DNA of 64,000 nt from Geosiphon pyriformis uo1 (taxonomy: Eukaryota > Fungi > Glomeromycota). Under the pieces are notes generated by a model. The model searched no databases, had not been told where the DNA came from, and saw only the letters and a list, made by a program, of their open reading frames with translations. The position numbers and the translations under genes were made by a program. Position 1 is the first letter of the stretch. Every line of letters starts with the position of its first letter. The stretch is from positions 916,126-980,125 of the forward strand of contig JAAOMT010000597.1 of the NCBI GenBank assembly GCA_016748015.1. Reading direction: 5' to 3'. Below are positions 63,775-64,000 of this stretch, piece after piece.

Positions 63775-64000
63775 ATTAATGAAATATTGCACAATACAAT
63801 AATTATTAAATAACAATTATATGATGTAGGCATACTGCAGGGGTTAAAAACTCTGATTATTGTTATAATTTAACAATAACGGGGTTTGTTAAATTTATAC
63901 TGATAAATCAAAGATCTGAAACGTCATTGACACGAACCAAACATATATTAGGCCATATCTTCCCAAACCATAACAAACACACAAAACACCATGGCGAGCG
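63775..64000 (+). promoter_or_regulatory. Upstream region and start codon (ATG 63991) of a fresher paralog of the 14333-15885 kinase-family gene
   Basis: Aligns with the reverse complement of 15876-16112 (e.g. GATAAATCAAAGATCTGAAA, GCCATATCTTCCCAAA). ATG GCG AGC corresponds to ATA ACA AGC; CpGs retained. Confidence 0.75.

Overview
Very AT-rich, CpG-depleted eukaryotic DNA made almost entirely of nested, decayed transposons. The repeat families and accessory genes look like those of Glomeromycotina fungi; from memory they resemble Geosiphon-type repeats, which I could not verify. LTR elements: a full-length Ty3/gypsy element (21465-31386; gag-PR-Cys-rich-dUTPase-RT-RH-IN plus an extra 3' ORF) inserted in a full-length APE-RT-RNaseH LINE (17300-33800, minus strand), a second copy of that gypsy family (1-8420), two solo LTRs with 4-bp TSDs, and a second gypsy family. 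DNA transposon relics: Tc1, pogo and Sola-like. Decayed host-type genes: LRR, nuclease-like/kinase, kelch. The most notable system is a family of ~2.2-kb elements (3 near-full copies plus fragments). Each encodes only a ~709-aa homologue of the LINE ORF1 protein, has no RT, and ends in the same conserved, structured 3' tail and poly(A) as the autonomous LINE. This looks like a fungal HAL1-like non-autonomous retrotransposon/helper pair with a variable C-terminal module. No complete intact gene lies in the window; a fresher kinase-family paralog starts at 63991. All translations and alignments were done by eye, and boundaries without a TSD are approximate.
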